Positions 1 through 8,774 of a stretch of 64,000 bases of DNA are shown piece after piece. The stretch covers positions 457,237 to 521,236 of the forward strand of contig CAZVXT010000001.1 of NCBI GenBank assembly GCA_964631145.1. The letters run 5' to 3'. How positions within the stretch are numbered: the stretch's first letter is position 1; every line of letters starts with the position of its first letter. Made by a program: the position numbers and the translations under genes. Source of the DNA: an uncultured Candidatus Saccharibacteria bacterium (GTDB lineage Bacteria; Patescibacteriota; Doudnabacteria; UBA920). Under the pieces are notes generated by a model that saw nothing but the letters and a program-made list of their open reading frames with translations, had not been told where the DNA came from and searched no databases.

Positions 1-180
1 AAACAAGAAGTCTTGTTAAATATCAAGAGATTACGTGAAATTGGTAGTTATCGTGGAACCCGTCATATGCGTAGTTTGCCAGTTCGCGGACAACGTACTA
101 AGACAAATTCTCGAACTCGTCACGGCAATGTTCGTCGTACTGCTGGTTCAGGACGTAAGAAGGCATCTGATAAGACCTAA
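1..180 (+). CDS. rpsM: 30S ribosomal protein S13, C-terminal fragment (N-terminus lies upstream of the window)
   Basis: Frame 1 from position 1 reads ...[42 protein letters not shown]...GRKKASDKT* to a TAA at 178-180. This is the Arg/Lys-rich S13 C-terminus, and it sits directly upstream of rpsK-rpsD-rpoA, the canonical order. Confidence 0.8.
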   Translation, partial: KQEVLLNIKRLREIGSYRGTRHMRSLPVRGQRTKTNSRTRHGNVRRTAGSGRKKASDKT

Positions 181-193
181 AGATAAGATTTTA

Positions 194-280
194 TTTTGGA
201 CAACTGCGTTGTTATTTCGGAAAAATATTTGTCGCCGTAACTTATATATTACGCCTCCAAATATTTTTCCGAAATGCCTA
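194..280. repeat. Intergenic hairpin element, copy 1 (rpsM-rpsK spacer)
   Basis: The arm ATTTCGGAAAAATATTTG pairs perfectly with CAAATATTTTTCCGAAAT around an inner CGTAA/TTACG stem. A second copy at 1497-1585 is ~85% identical with a compensatory C>T/G>A change in the stem. Confidence 0.6.
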
Positions 281-405
281 GCATTTGCCTCAAAATTAAA
301 TCTTAAGACACGGTTCTTAGATTAGATACTAAGTTTGTATTAGAAAGTTAGAGCTCTGGTAATAAAATCCAGGCCCACACTAAATTATTTTACTTATTAA
401 TTATT

Positions 406-873
406 ATGGCTGAAGAATTACAATCAACAACTCAAACAGAATCAGAAGTTGCAACCGCAAGTGCTGTCGCTACAGATGATATTTCTGCCAAAATCAAATC
501 TTCCAAGAAGAAGCGTGCTAAGCAAAAGTTTCCAAAGGGAAAGATTTTTATCAACTCAACCTACAATAACACCATTATTTCTATAACAGATCCAGTGGGT
601 AACGTTATTGTTTGGGGTAGTGCTGGTCGCGCAGGGTTTAAAGGCTCTAAAAAGTCTACTCCTTATGCTGGTGGTAAGACCATGGAAGATACTTTAGCGC
701 GAGCTAAAGATCGCGGCATGCAAGAAGTTGATATATTTATTAAAGGAATTGGTACTGGTCGCGAATCAGCGATTCGTGCAATCCAAGGTTCCGGTTTAAC
801 CGTTTTATCTATTAAAGACAGAACATCCTCACCTCATGGTGGTGTACGTCAGAAGAAGGTAAGGAGAGTATAA
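406..873 (+). CDS. rpsK: 30S ribosomal protein S11 with ~25-aa acidic N-terminal extension
   Basis: Translation carries the S11 core (...STYNNTIISITDPVGNVIVWGSAGRAGFKGSKKSTPYAGG...), and the gene sits in the alpha operon. Confidence 0.95.
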   Translation: MAEELQSTTQTESEVATASAVATDDISAKIKSSKKKRAKQKFPKGKIFINSTYNNTIISITDPVGNVIVWGSAGRAGFKGSKKSTPYAGGKTMEDTLARAKDRGMQEVDIFIKGIGTGRESAIRAIQGSGLTVLSIKDRTSSPHGGVRQKKVRRV

Positions 874-877
874 AAAT

Positions 878-1486
878 ATGAGATATACAGGACCAAAAGT
901 TAGAAGAGCACGTCGTTTAGGTTTTGCCTTTACTGATAAAGATGCTCGAATTATGCAAAAGCGTAGCACTCCTCCTGGACAACATGGTGCTAACCGTGTG
1001 CGTATTTCAGAATACGGTATGCAGTTGCGCGAAAAGCAAAAAGCTAAGATCAATTATGGTGTTACAGAACGTCAGTTCTTGCGTTATTTTGACAAAGCAT
1101 CTAAACATGCAGGTGTAACCGGTGATTATCTATTGCAATTACTAGAAACAAGACTTGATAATGTGGTTTACCGCATGGGTTATGCAGTTACTATTGCTCA
1201 AGCTCGTCAATTAGTAAATCATGGATTTTTTGATGTAAATGGTAAGAAAGTTGATATACCTTCATTTGCAACTAAACCAGGTGATGTTATTACTGTTAGA
1301 GCTAATAAAAAAGATAGCAAGTACATGCAAGCTCGCAAAGAATTGATGAAGAGTTTTCATCCGCAAGACTGGGTAGAGATTAAAGTTAACGAATTATCTG
1401 GTAAAGTTTTGTCTGTACCAAGTATGGATCAAATCAACAGCCAGATTAATACTCAGCTTATTGTTGAACACTACAGTAGAATTTAA
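878..1486 (+). CDS. rpsD: 30S ribosomal protein S4
   Basis: N-terminus MRYTGPKVRRARRLG... and the S4 domain match; the GGAG-containing sequence 'ggtaaggagagtat' lies just upstream. Confidence 0.95.
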   Translation: MRYTGPKVRRARRLGFAFTDKDARIMQKRSTPPGQHGANRVRISEYGMQLREKQKAKINYGVTERQFLRYFDKASKHAGVTGDYLLQLLETRLDNVVYRMGYAVTIAQARQLVNHGFFDVNGKKVDIPSFATKPGDVITVRANKKDSKYMQARKELMKSFHPQDWVEIKVNELSGKVLSVPSMDQINSQINTQLIVEHYSRI

Positions 1487-1496
1487 TAATATTTAT

Positions 1497-1585
1497 TATT
1501 TGAACAATTGTGTTGTTATTTTGGAAAAATATTTGTCGTCGTAATCTAAATTACGTCCCCAAATATTTTTCCAAAATAACGACCA
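1497..1585. repeat. Intergenic hairpin element, copy 2 (rpsD-rpoA spacer)
   Basis: ATTTTGGAAAAATATTTG pairs with CAAATATTTTTCCAAAAT and the inner stem is CGTAAT/ATTACG; it is paralogous to the 194-280 copy. Confidence 0.6.
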
Positions 1586-1694
1586 TTGTATAAAGATATA
1601 GATCAATTTAATTAATTTTTTACAAAGATCGCAACTACAAGAATATTGGACGTTTGAGAATTACGAGCTTTGTAAAATAAAGGGTATTGCAAAT

Positions 1695-2672
1695 ATGCAA
1701 CCAATTCCTTTGCCAAATCAGGCTAAAGTTAATCATGTAGAAGGTAATAGCTATGAAATTACCTTAGACCCATTGTATCCAGGATATGGAGTTACAATTG
1801 GTAATGCGCTTCGTCGTGTACTTTTGTCTTCTATGCCAGGTGCAGCTGTAACTGGCGTAAAGATTAAATACGTTGACCATGAGTTTTCTACTATACCTCA
1901 TGTTCGCGAAGATGTTATTCAAATTATTTTGAATTTAAAACAACTTCGTTTACGTAGTTTTTCTATCGAACCTGTTCGCTTAAAACTACAAGTTAAAGGC
2001 GAGGGGATTGTAACTGCTGCTCAAATCACTGAAACTGATCAGGTAGAAGTGGTTAATAAAGATATGTATATCTGCAGCCTGGATTCTAAAAATGCTGACC
2101 TTGATATGGAATTGATTATCGAGCAAGGACGTGGTTATCAACCCGTAGAAGTTCGTTCCCGTGAAAATTCTGAACTTGGAATGTTGGCTATAGATGCTAT
2201 TTTTACTCCTGTTCGATCTGTGTTCTTCGATGTTTCTAACGTTCGCGTTGGAAATATGACTAACTTTGATAAGTTGGTTGTTCGCATGGAAACTGACGGT
2301 ACAATTTCTGGAAGCGAAGCTTTAGATATCGCATCTCACATTTTAGTTGATCATTTTACAATGATGTTCAATAACGAAGGTGCGGCTCGTATGGAAATGA
2401 TGCAACAAGCTCAAGGTTTACTTGATGAAGCTGAAAGTGCAGAAGAAGCAGTTTCTGCAGAATCTTTGATGGAAGCAATGGCTGAAGAAGAATCTGGTAC
2501 TAGTGTAAACGATTTGAACTTATCAAATAGAGCAAAAAATGCATTAGTAAAGTCTGGAATTTCTACTTTAGAAAAGCTTCAAACTTTGTCTGATGATGAT
2601 ATTAAAAACATTTCAGGACTAGGCGAAAAAACTATCAACGAAATTTTAGAATTTTTAGGTAGAAGCGTTTAG
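1695..2672 (+). CDS. rpoA: DNA-directed RNA polymerase alpha subunit
   Basis: The N-terminal domain (..GYGVTIGNALRRVLLSSMPGAAVTGVKI..) and the acidic alpha-CTD match; the alpha-operon position agrees. Confidence 0.95.
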   Translation: MQPIPLPNQAKVNHVEGNSYEITLDPLYPGYGVTIGNALRRVLLSSMPGAAVTGVKIKYVDHEFSTIPHVREDVIQIILNLKQLRLRSFSIEPVRLKLQVKGEGIVTAAQITETDQVEVVNKDMYICSLDSKNADLDMELIIEQGRGYQPVEVRSRENSELGMLAIDAIFTPVRSVFFDVSNVRVGNMTNFDKLVVRMETDGTISGSEALDIASHILVDHFTMMFNNEGAARMEMMQQAQGLLDEAESAEEAVSAESLMEAMAEEESGTSVNDLNLSNRAKNALVKSGISTLEKLQTLSDDDIKNISGLGEKTINEILEFLGRSV

Positions 2673-2694
2673 TAACATTATTTAATTAAAGGTC

Positions 2695-2750
2695 ACTGCT
2701 GTTCCCGCTAAAGTTAAAATGCCAATTTTGATTTTAGTGGGAACAGCAAT
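2695..2750 (+). terminator. Long stem-loop after rpoA (possible terminator or attenuator)
   Basis: GCTGTTCCCGCTAAA ... TTTAGTGGGAACAGC forms a 15-bp stem with one G-U pair and a ~21-nt loop. There is no strong U-tract after it, so its function is uncertain. Confidence 0.4.
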
Positions 2751-2827
2751 AAGGCACCCACAAGTCCATTTCGTAGCAACCCCTATATAATACGGAAGGA
2801 TTCAGTAAACAGATTTAATTTATTTAT

Positions 2828-3172
2828 ATGAGACACCGCAAGAAAAAAAAGTTTGGTAAAGGTACTGACCATCGCAGAAAGCTGCTACGTACTTTGGCGT
2901 CCTCAGCAATTTTATATGAGCGTATTGTAACAACTTACGCTAATGCTCGCGCTGTAAAGCCTTACTTAGAAAAACTTATCACTAAAGCAAAGGTCGAAAG
3001 TTTGCATAACCGCAGACAGTTATTGTCTAAGTTGACTCGTAATGCTGCCGCAAAAGCGTTAGAAGTTTACGGTCCTCGTTACGCAGAACGTAATGGCGGT
3101 TACTTAAGACTTACTAAATTAAATAACCCAAAGGCTGGTGCTTCTAAAGTAGTACTAGAATTTGTAGAGTAA
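2828..3172 (+). CDS. rplQ: 50S ribosomal protein L17
   Basis: MRHRKKKKFGKGTDHRRKLLRTLASS... is a typical L17. Confidence 0.95.
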   Translation: MRHRKKKKFGKGTDHRRKLLRTLASSAILYERIVTTYANARAVKPYLEKLITKAKVESLHNRRQLLSKLTRNAAAKALEVYGPRYAERNGGYLRLTKLNNPKAGASKVVLEFVE

Positions 3173-3176
3173 TTAT

Positions 3177-3611
3177 ATGAAGGCACAAAAAGTAACATTG
3201 CCTAAGGTTCAAGATATTTCTCGTACTTGGTATGAAGTTGATGCTTCTAGTATGACTCTTGGAAGATTGGCAAGCCATATTGCAAATATTTTGCGTGGCA
3301 AACATAAGAGACAGTTTACTCCTCACATGGATATGGGTGATTTCGTAGTTGCTACTAATGTAGACAAACTTAAGTTAACTGGTCGTAAGATCGAACAAAA
3401 GAAGTATTACCACCACTCTGGTTATTTAGGTGGTTTGAAGACTAAACTTCTTAAAGATGAAATTATCAGAAGTCCAGAGTTTGTATTGCGTAGCGCAGTA
3501 TTTTCTATGATTGATGATATTAAATTCCGCAAAAAGTTGGTTTCTCGCTTGAAAATGGTTAAGGGCGATAAGCACACTTATAAGATTGATAAGCAACTAA
3601 CTAATAAGTAA
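3177..3611 (+). CDS. rplM: 50S ribosomal protein L13
   Basis: ..TWYEVDASSMTLGRLASHIANILRGKHK..YYHHSGYLGG.. are L13 motifs. Confidence 0.95.
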   Translation: MKAQKVTLPKVQDISRTWYEVDASSMTLGRLASHIANILRGKHKRQFTPHMDMGDFVVATNVDKLKLTGRKIEQKKYYHHSGYLGGLKTKLLKDEIIRSPEFVLRSAVFSMIDDIKFRKKLVSRLKMVKGDKHTYKIDKQLTNK

Positions 3612-3615
3612 TTTT

Positions 3616-4167
3616 ATGGCAACAACTCCAAAAACAACTGCAAAGAAAACTGTAGCAAAAAAGGCACCTGCCAAAAAAGTTGCTGCTAAAAAAGCTCCTG
3701 CTAAAGTAGAAGCTACTGAAGCTGTGGTGTTAGAAATGTCTACTCCAAAAGCAACTAAAATGACTATGGTTGGTTTGAATGGTAAATACTTATTTGCTAC
3801 TGGAAGACGCAAAACTGCTGTAGCGAACGTAAGATTATTTGAAGGATCTGATGATAGTTTGGTTAACAAAAAATCTTTTTCAGTTTACTTTTCTACAGGA
3901 CATATGCGTGATGAAGCTCTCAGACCATTGGCTTTATCAGGCTTAATGGGTGAATACTTCTTTACTGCAACTATTAATGGTGGTGGTAAAAATGCTCAAA
4001 TTGAAGCACTTCGTCATGCTATTGCTCAAGCTTTGGCATCAACCAGCGAAGAAATGCAGAAATTAATGAAGCGCAATGGTTTTCTTACCCGTGATGACCG
4101 TAAAAAAGAACGTAAAAAGCCAGGACTTCGCGGTGCGCGCCGCAGTCCACAGTGGGCGAAGCGTTAA
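3616..4167 (+). CDS. rpsI: 30S ribosomal protein S9 with ~55-aa Lys/Ala-rich (histone H1-like) N-terminal extension
   Basis: The S9 core (..GTGRRKTAVANVRL.. ..GGGKNAQIEALRHAIAQAL.. ..RRSPQWAKR) is preceded by AKKAPAKK-type repeats. Confidence 0.93.
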   Translation: MATTPKTTAKKTVAKKAPAKKVAAKKAPAKVEATEAVVLEMSTPKATKMTMVGLNGKYLFATGRRKTAVANVRLFEGSDDSLVNKKSFSVYFSTGHMRDEALRPLALSGLMGEYFFTATINGGGKNAQIEALRHAIAQALASTSEEMQKLMKRNGFLTRDDRKKERKKPGLRGARRSPQWAKR

Positions 4168-4190
4168 TTTCTTATTCAATAGATATTACA

Positions 4191-4219
4191 AAAAACACCG
4201 ATTTTTCGGTGTTTTTTTT
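4191..4219 (+). terminator. Rho-independent terminator after rpsI
   Basis: AAACACCGATTTTTCGGTGTTTTTTTTG is a GC stem followed by a U-tract. Confidence 0.7.
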
Positions 4220-4284
4220 GCTTGCAGTATGCGATAAATGGGATTATACTATGATAACTAACGAAAATAATTAAATTACTTATT

Positions 4285-7200
4285 ATGCAACAAATAATCG
4301 TTAAGTTTTTGCTTAATGCAAAGCTTAAAATAAAAGGACTCTCAGCCTCAGTGTGTCCGAGTGGTAAGGACATGGTTTTTACCACAGCTTCAGTGATTTC
4401 TGGTGTTTCTTTGGTTTTGTCTACTTTTGTGCCTGTAACAGCAAGTGCTGCAGCGCAAAGCATTAAGACCACAAATGCAAATTGTGTGGCAGTTAATATT
4501 AACCAATACTCAACCGGTGATTTTGTTTGGGTTGATGTAAATGGTTTTGACCCAAATACTGTATATGCTTGGTCTATTACTGGACAGCCAGGATCTGCTG
4601 ATCCTAGCACAATTGTCGCTTCTGGTAACGCAACTACAGATGTAAACGGAGAGCTATGTTTTAATACCAACTATGATGTAAAGTCTGATGATAGTGGTGT
4701 ATATAAAGTAGCTTTTGATAATAAGAATGATAACTATACAGTCCGCTCAATTGTGCCGGATCCTGTACAGTGTTTTGCTGCCCCTGTTACAGTTGTAACT
4801 CCAAGTAATACTCAAGGTTGGAATACTGCAGATACCCGATCTAATGGTTCTGTAACTTATGTAAATGATGCTACAAGCCCAGCTCCGACCGGTGCATTGA
4901 GTTTAGTTACTGGCGCTGCTACAGGAAGCCCGCTTCAAGATAAAGCTCAGTATATGCACGCTGTAGATTCTTTGCCTTTATCCCAGGTCTCAAAACTTTG
5001 TTATTATACAAAGCAAAATAGCGCTTCTTTTGCTGATGGTGCCCCTTCTTATCAGTTAGTTGTTTACTTAAATGGCGGTACTTCTGGCTTTACTACTTTT
5101 GTATATGAACCTTATAATAATGGTTTTCATATTAACCAAGGAACATGGCAATCTTGGGATGTTTCTGCAGGTTCAATGTGGTCGTCAAAGTCAGTCACTT
5201 GTAGCAATGGTTCTGTGATAGCTGGTGGTGGGGGAGCCCCATTTTATACTCTTTCTCAAATAACTACTATGTGTCCTGATGCAGTTGTAGCGGGTTTTGG
5301 TGTTAATGTAGGCTCAAATAATCCTAATTGGGATACAGAAGTAGATTATGTTCAGTTTAATAACAATTTATATAATTTTGAATTAGACCCTGTATTAACT
5401 TCTAATGTAAAAGTTTGTAAAGTTGATAGTAACAAAAACCCTCTATCTGGTTGGGATGTGTTTTTGAAAGGGGATTTGATAGAGACTGTAAATGTAGATT
5501 CTAATGCTTCTACAGGTGCTAATTCTGTTAATGCTTTAGAAGCAGGTAAAAAATATGTTGTAGAAGTAACTGGTACATGGCAGAACCGTGGTTTTGAAAC
5601 CGTTGATGCTAGTTTTACCACACCTGACTCATGGACAACTGTTTTAGACGCTCCTCAGGGTGGTTATCCTGATAATCTGTTGGAATTACAAGTAAATAAC
5701 AATTTTGTTAATTGGGGACCTTATAGTTTAGCTCATAAATACAGCTATATCTACACTGGTGGTGGAGCATCTGCTAATTTTAGAGTATTTGATGGTGATG
5801 TGGATACCAATACAGTTAATTCTAGTTGGTATGGAGATAACGTTGGTCAGCTCCAGGTTAAAATTTATAAGGCATACGCTGGTGTAACGACTAACATTGA
5901 TGGATGCGCTACATTAACAAATGTTCCTTATGGCAACTATGTAGTTTCTGAAATTATGCAACCAGGTTGGGCTAATGTCAGTGGTAATAATGTTGAAGTT
6001 TTAATTAATAAAGCTCAATCAGAATTCGTTTTAGTTAATCGTTGTACAACCGAAGCTTGTGCTCCACAGACAGTGGATCCAAAAATTCATTTTATGAAAG
6101 TTGTCTGCCAAAGTTACTCTAGTATAAACGGAAACGAAGCCGCTGATAGTTATGATCATACTCCAAATAAAAATTATACTCAGTTTGCTAATTTTACTGA
6201 AAGTGGGTTTGTAACAAATTATTTGGTAAATGGTTTTGTTGACCCTTCAGAAATTCCTGGTAAAGACTCTGGTTGTGGTTTGGCTAGTGGTTGGGGATTT
6301 TTACTCTCAACTGATCAAGATCAGCATAATGATAATCAGATTGTAACAACTGATGCTAATGGTGTTTATACAACGAATGTTTCTAGTCTGCCGCAAGCTT
6401 TGTCTTCTGGTATCAGAAACGGAAATTTTTGGGTTAGTGAAGTAGAGAAAAAAGGGTATGATTTCGGTGCTATTAGATGCTATAATGATGCATTAAATGG
6501 CGATAACTTAGAATTAATTAATATTGGAAATTCTAATCCTGCAGACATATATTGTATTGCTTACAATGTAGAACAAATTAAGCCTTGTGTAGTTGAGCCT
6601 ATTAATGTAGTTAGCGGTACTACAACTAAATTTTTAGGTCTTAAAGAGGGTGTTGCTCCAGTAGATTTGAAAGCTCCAGGAAACTATCCAGGTGGGGTTA
6701 TGGATTTTGCTGTTGAGGTTGGACCAACTGGATTCCCTGGTGCTTGGGACGGATCTATTAATAGTCCAGACTTATCTGGTGCCAAATATGTAAGTAATAG
6801 CATTACACAGCCAACCGTTTCTGGTGGTGCTGGATTTGATGGTAGTGTAGATTCTTGGCGCTTATTTAGCCACACATTTACTGTGCCTGCTGGAGCCGTA
6901 AATATCTCTACTCCTTCATTGCATTTTGCTGCTGATAATGAAGTTGCAGTTTATTTGGACGAAACTTTAATTGGAACAAGTTCTAGCTTTAGTAATTCGA
7001 CCACTGTGGGTCCATTAAGTAGTATTAGTGTTGCTCCAGGTACTCACACTTTAAAATTTGCCGTAAAGAATTATGCATTTGACCAAACTAACAACCCTAC
7101 AGGCGTCATTTATAAATTAGATACCATTAATTACGACTGTGGTTCTACTGGCGGCGGTTCAAATAAATTTAGTATTTCCGGTAAAATTTACGAAGATTTG

Positions 7201-7878
7201 GACGAAAGCAATTCTAATAATTCTGGTGATAATCCATTAAATGGTTGGACTGTAAAGTTGGACAATGTTGCAACCGAAACTGATGAAAATACTACAACAA
7301 CTTCTGATTCTAATGGAAATTATATATTTGAAAATTTGGACGCTGGTTGTTACTTAGTTTCTGAAGTACTGCCAAGCGGTTGGGCTCAGACCGAGCCAGC
7401 AGTAGATACTCATACTTACCAAGTTGCGATTGGTGGTGTAAATAATTGTGACGCTTTTAACGGCGAATCTTCAATTATTGGATTCTTTGCAAAGACTGCT
7501 CATGCTGCAGCTGTACAACAACAGTTAGCATTTGCAGGTAATGCGAGTGGAATTAATTTTGGTAATTTTGATATCCCTTCTGGTAATGGCGGTGGTTCTG
7601 GCGGTAATGGTGGAAACGGTGGAGGTTCTGGCGGATCTGGTAGTGGTGGAACACCTCCTGCCGACCCAGGAACTCCAACAAACACCGGTAGAGTGCTAGG
7701 GGATAGTACCAATATCCCTTCTGACAGCATTTCAATTCCTACTCCAAGAGTTTTGGGAGCTGAAACAACTCTTCCACGAACAGGATTACCTCTAAACATA
7801 ATTATTTGGTTTGTTTCAACATTAGCAGCTACTTATTGTGTTTATTCTTTGATAAGCAAAAAACTTTCCAAGAATTAG
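4285..7878 (+). CDS. Giant LPXTG cell-wall-anchored surface protein (adhesin-like; Cna-B/SpaA-type fold repeats, Gly-rich stalk)
   Basis: The C-terminus is ...TTLPRTG + hydrophobic TM (LPLNIIIWFVSTLAATYCVYSLI) + basic tail SKKLSKN, a classic sortase sorting signal. Internal G.Y....E..P.GW motifs occur (YGNYVVSEIMQPGWA; GNYIFENLDAGCYLVSEVLPSGWAQTEP). A GNGGGSGGNGGNGGGSGG linker and an N-terminal signal-like hydrophobic segment are present. The alternative start ATG at 4372 is not excluded. Confidence 0.85.
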   Translation: MQQIIVKFLLNAKLKIKGLSASVCPSGKDMVFTTASVISGVSLVLSTFVPVTASAAAQSIKTTNANCVAVNINQYSTGDFVWVDVNGFDPNTVYAWSITGQPGSADPSTIVASGNATTDVNGELCFNTNYDVKSDDSGVYKVAFDNKNDNYTVRSIVPDPVQCFAAPVTVVTPSNTQGWNTADTRSNGSVTYVNDATSPAPTGALSLVTGAATGSPLQDKAQYMHAVDSLPLSQVSKLCYYTKQNSASFADGAPSYQLVVYLNGGTSGFTTFVYEPYNNGFHINQGTWQSWDVSAGSMWSSKSVTCSNGSVIAGGGGAPFYTLSQITTMCPDAVVAGFGVNVGSNNPNWDTEVDYVQFNNNLYNFELDPVLTSNVKVCKVDSNKNPLSGWDVFLKGDLIETVNVDSNASTGANSVNALEAGKKYVVEVTGTWQNRGFETVDASFTTPDSWTTVLDAPQGGYPDNLLELQVNNNFVNWGPYSLAHKYSYIYTGGGASANFRVFDGDVDTNTVNSSWYGDNVGQLQVKIYKAYAGVTTNIDGCATLTNVPYGNYVVSEIMQPGWANVSGNNVEVLINKAQSEFVLVNRCTTEACAPQTVDPKIHFMKVVCQSYSSINGNEAADSYDHTPNKNYTQFANFTESGFVTNYLVNGFVDPSEIPGKDSGCGLASGWGFLLSTDQDQHNDNQIVTTDANGVYTTNVSSLPQALSSGIRNGNFWVSEVEKKGYDFGAIRCYNDALNGDNLELINIGNSNPADIYCIAYNVEQIKPCVVEPINVVSGTTTKFLGLKEGVAPVDLKAPGNYPGGVMDFAVEVGPTGFPGAWDGSINSPDLSGAKYVSNSITQPTVSGGAGFDGSVDSWRLFSHTFTVPAGAVNISTPSLHFAADNEVAVYLDETLIGTSSSFSNSTTVGPLSSISVAPGTHTLKFAVKNYAFDQTNNPTGVIYKLDTINYDCGSTGGGSNKFSISGKIYEDLDESNSNNSGDNPLNGWTVKLDNVATETDENTTTTSDSNGNYIFENLDAGCYLVSEVLPSGWAQTEPAVDTHTYQVAIGGVNNCDAFNGESSIIGFFAKTAHAAAVQQQLAFAGNASGINFGNFDIPSGNGGGSGGNGGNGGGSGGSGSGGTPPADPGTPTNTGRVLGDSTNIPSDSISIPTPRVLGAETTLPRTGLPLNIIIWFVSTLAATYCVYSLISKKLSKN

Positions 7879-7953
7879 TTAGCTAAAGAAAAGAGCGTTC
7901 TTGCAACGCTCTTTTTAATTTTAGATCAAACTATTTGATGTTAAAATAAGGTT

Positions 7954-8547
7954 ATGAATTTTATTAGAAAATATAAAATTATATTAATTTTAATTTTGTT
8001 GTTACTAGTTATCAGCTTAGTGTTATTTTATCCTTATTTTTATGAGCGATATATTAGAAAAAATAATTTACCCAGCTCTCTTAACTTAGATAATTCTAAA
8101 CAGCAAGATAAAGATAATCCTAATGTTTTGCAAATACCAACTCTTGGGATTTCGGCACCTATTAATTATTTAGATCAGCCCGATGAAAGTTTGTTTCAAC
8201 AGTCTTTGCAAACAGGAGTGGTGCATTATCCTGGCAGTGCTAATCTTGGACAAGAAGGAAATGTATATATTTTTGGGCACTCATCTGATTATCCATTTAC
8301 AAAAGGAGAATATAAAACTGTTTTTGCAAAATTACCAGATATAAAATTAGGATCATCTATATTTTTGACAGACAAAGATGGTAAAAAGTATGAGTATCTG
8401 GTTGCTTCAACCAAAGTTGTTGCTAGCAACGATGTTTCTGTACTATCTCAAGATACAAAAGGACAGAGAATGTTAACATTGCAGACATCTTATCCTGTTG
8501 GTACAGCTTTAAAGAGGTTTGTAGTAATTTGTTACTTAAGAATATAA
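7954..8547 (+). CDS. Sortase-family transpeptidase homolog with Ser at the nucleophile position
   Basis: An N-terminal TM anchor is followed by a conserved His (NVYIFGHSSDYP). The TLXTC-equivalent motif reads MLTLQTSYP, and an Arg lies ~10 residues downstream (ALKRFVV). The gene is immediately downstream of the LPRTG protein. Confidence 0.7.
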   Translation: MNFIRKYKIILILILLLLVISLVLFYPYFYERYIRKNNLPSSLNLDNSKQQDKDNPNVLQIPTLGISAPINYLDQPDESLFQQSLQTGVVHYPGSANLGQEGNVYIFGHSSDYPFTKGEYKTVFAKLPDIKLGSSIFLTDKDGKKYEYLVASTKVVASNDVSVLSQDTKGQRMLTLQTSYPVGTALKRFVVICYLRI

Positions 8548-8774
8548 AAATGGTAGAAGCTTTAAAAATGATATTATTTGCTTTAAATAAGCCATTTTCG
8601 CACTAAGTTAATTGGTAATCCACAGCTATAGTATAAAAATCTTTTTTAATATTATTGACAAAAAGCTTGTAAAACCCCAATATTTTCTATATCATTAAGT
8701 TATAAATATTAGTTGTCCACAACAGGACAAAACAATTAAGATTATCTTCCTAAAAAGAAGATAAAAGGAAAAAT

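Noticed and set aside
35-325. 96-aa ORF on + strand at the window start
   Set aside because: It overlaps the real S13 C-terminal coding frame (1-180) in another frame and then runs through the intergenic hairpin element. There is no RBS, and it is a frame-shadow artefact.
829-1118. Antisense/alternate-frame ORFs 829-1053(-) and 924-1118(+) inside rpsD
   Set aside because: They lie entirely within the strongly supported S4 gene and have low-complexity hydrophobic translations typical of AT-rich shadow ORFs.
3144-4670. ORFs 3144-3326(-), 3597-3869(-), 4176-4670(-) antisense to rplM/rpsI and the adhesin 5' region
   Set aside because: They oppose ribosomal protein genes and the LPXTG gene start, and have no RBS or domain. 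The 4176-4670 ORF would also read through the rpsI terminator.
5352-7799. Internal antisense/alternate-frame ORFs within the adhesin gene (5352-5621-, 6684-6875-, 7500-7799-, 7553-7735-)
   Set aside because: The Pro-rich 7500-7799 ORF is simply the reverse complement of the Gly-codon-rich linker; the others are short shadows inside a 3.6-kb coding region.
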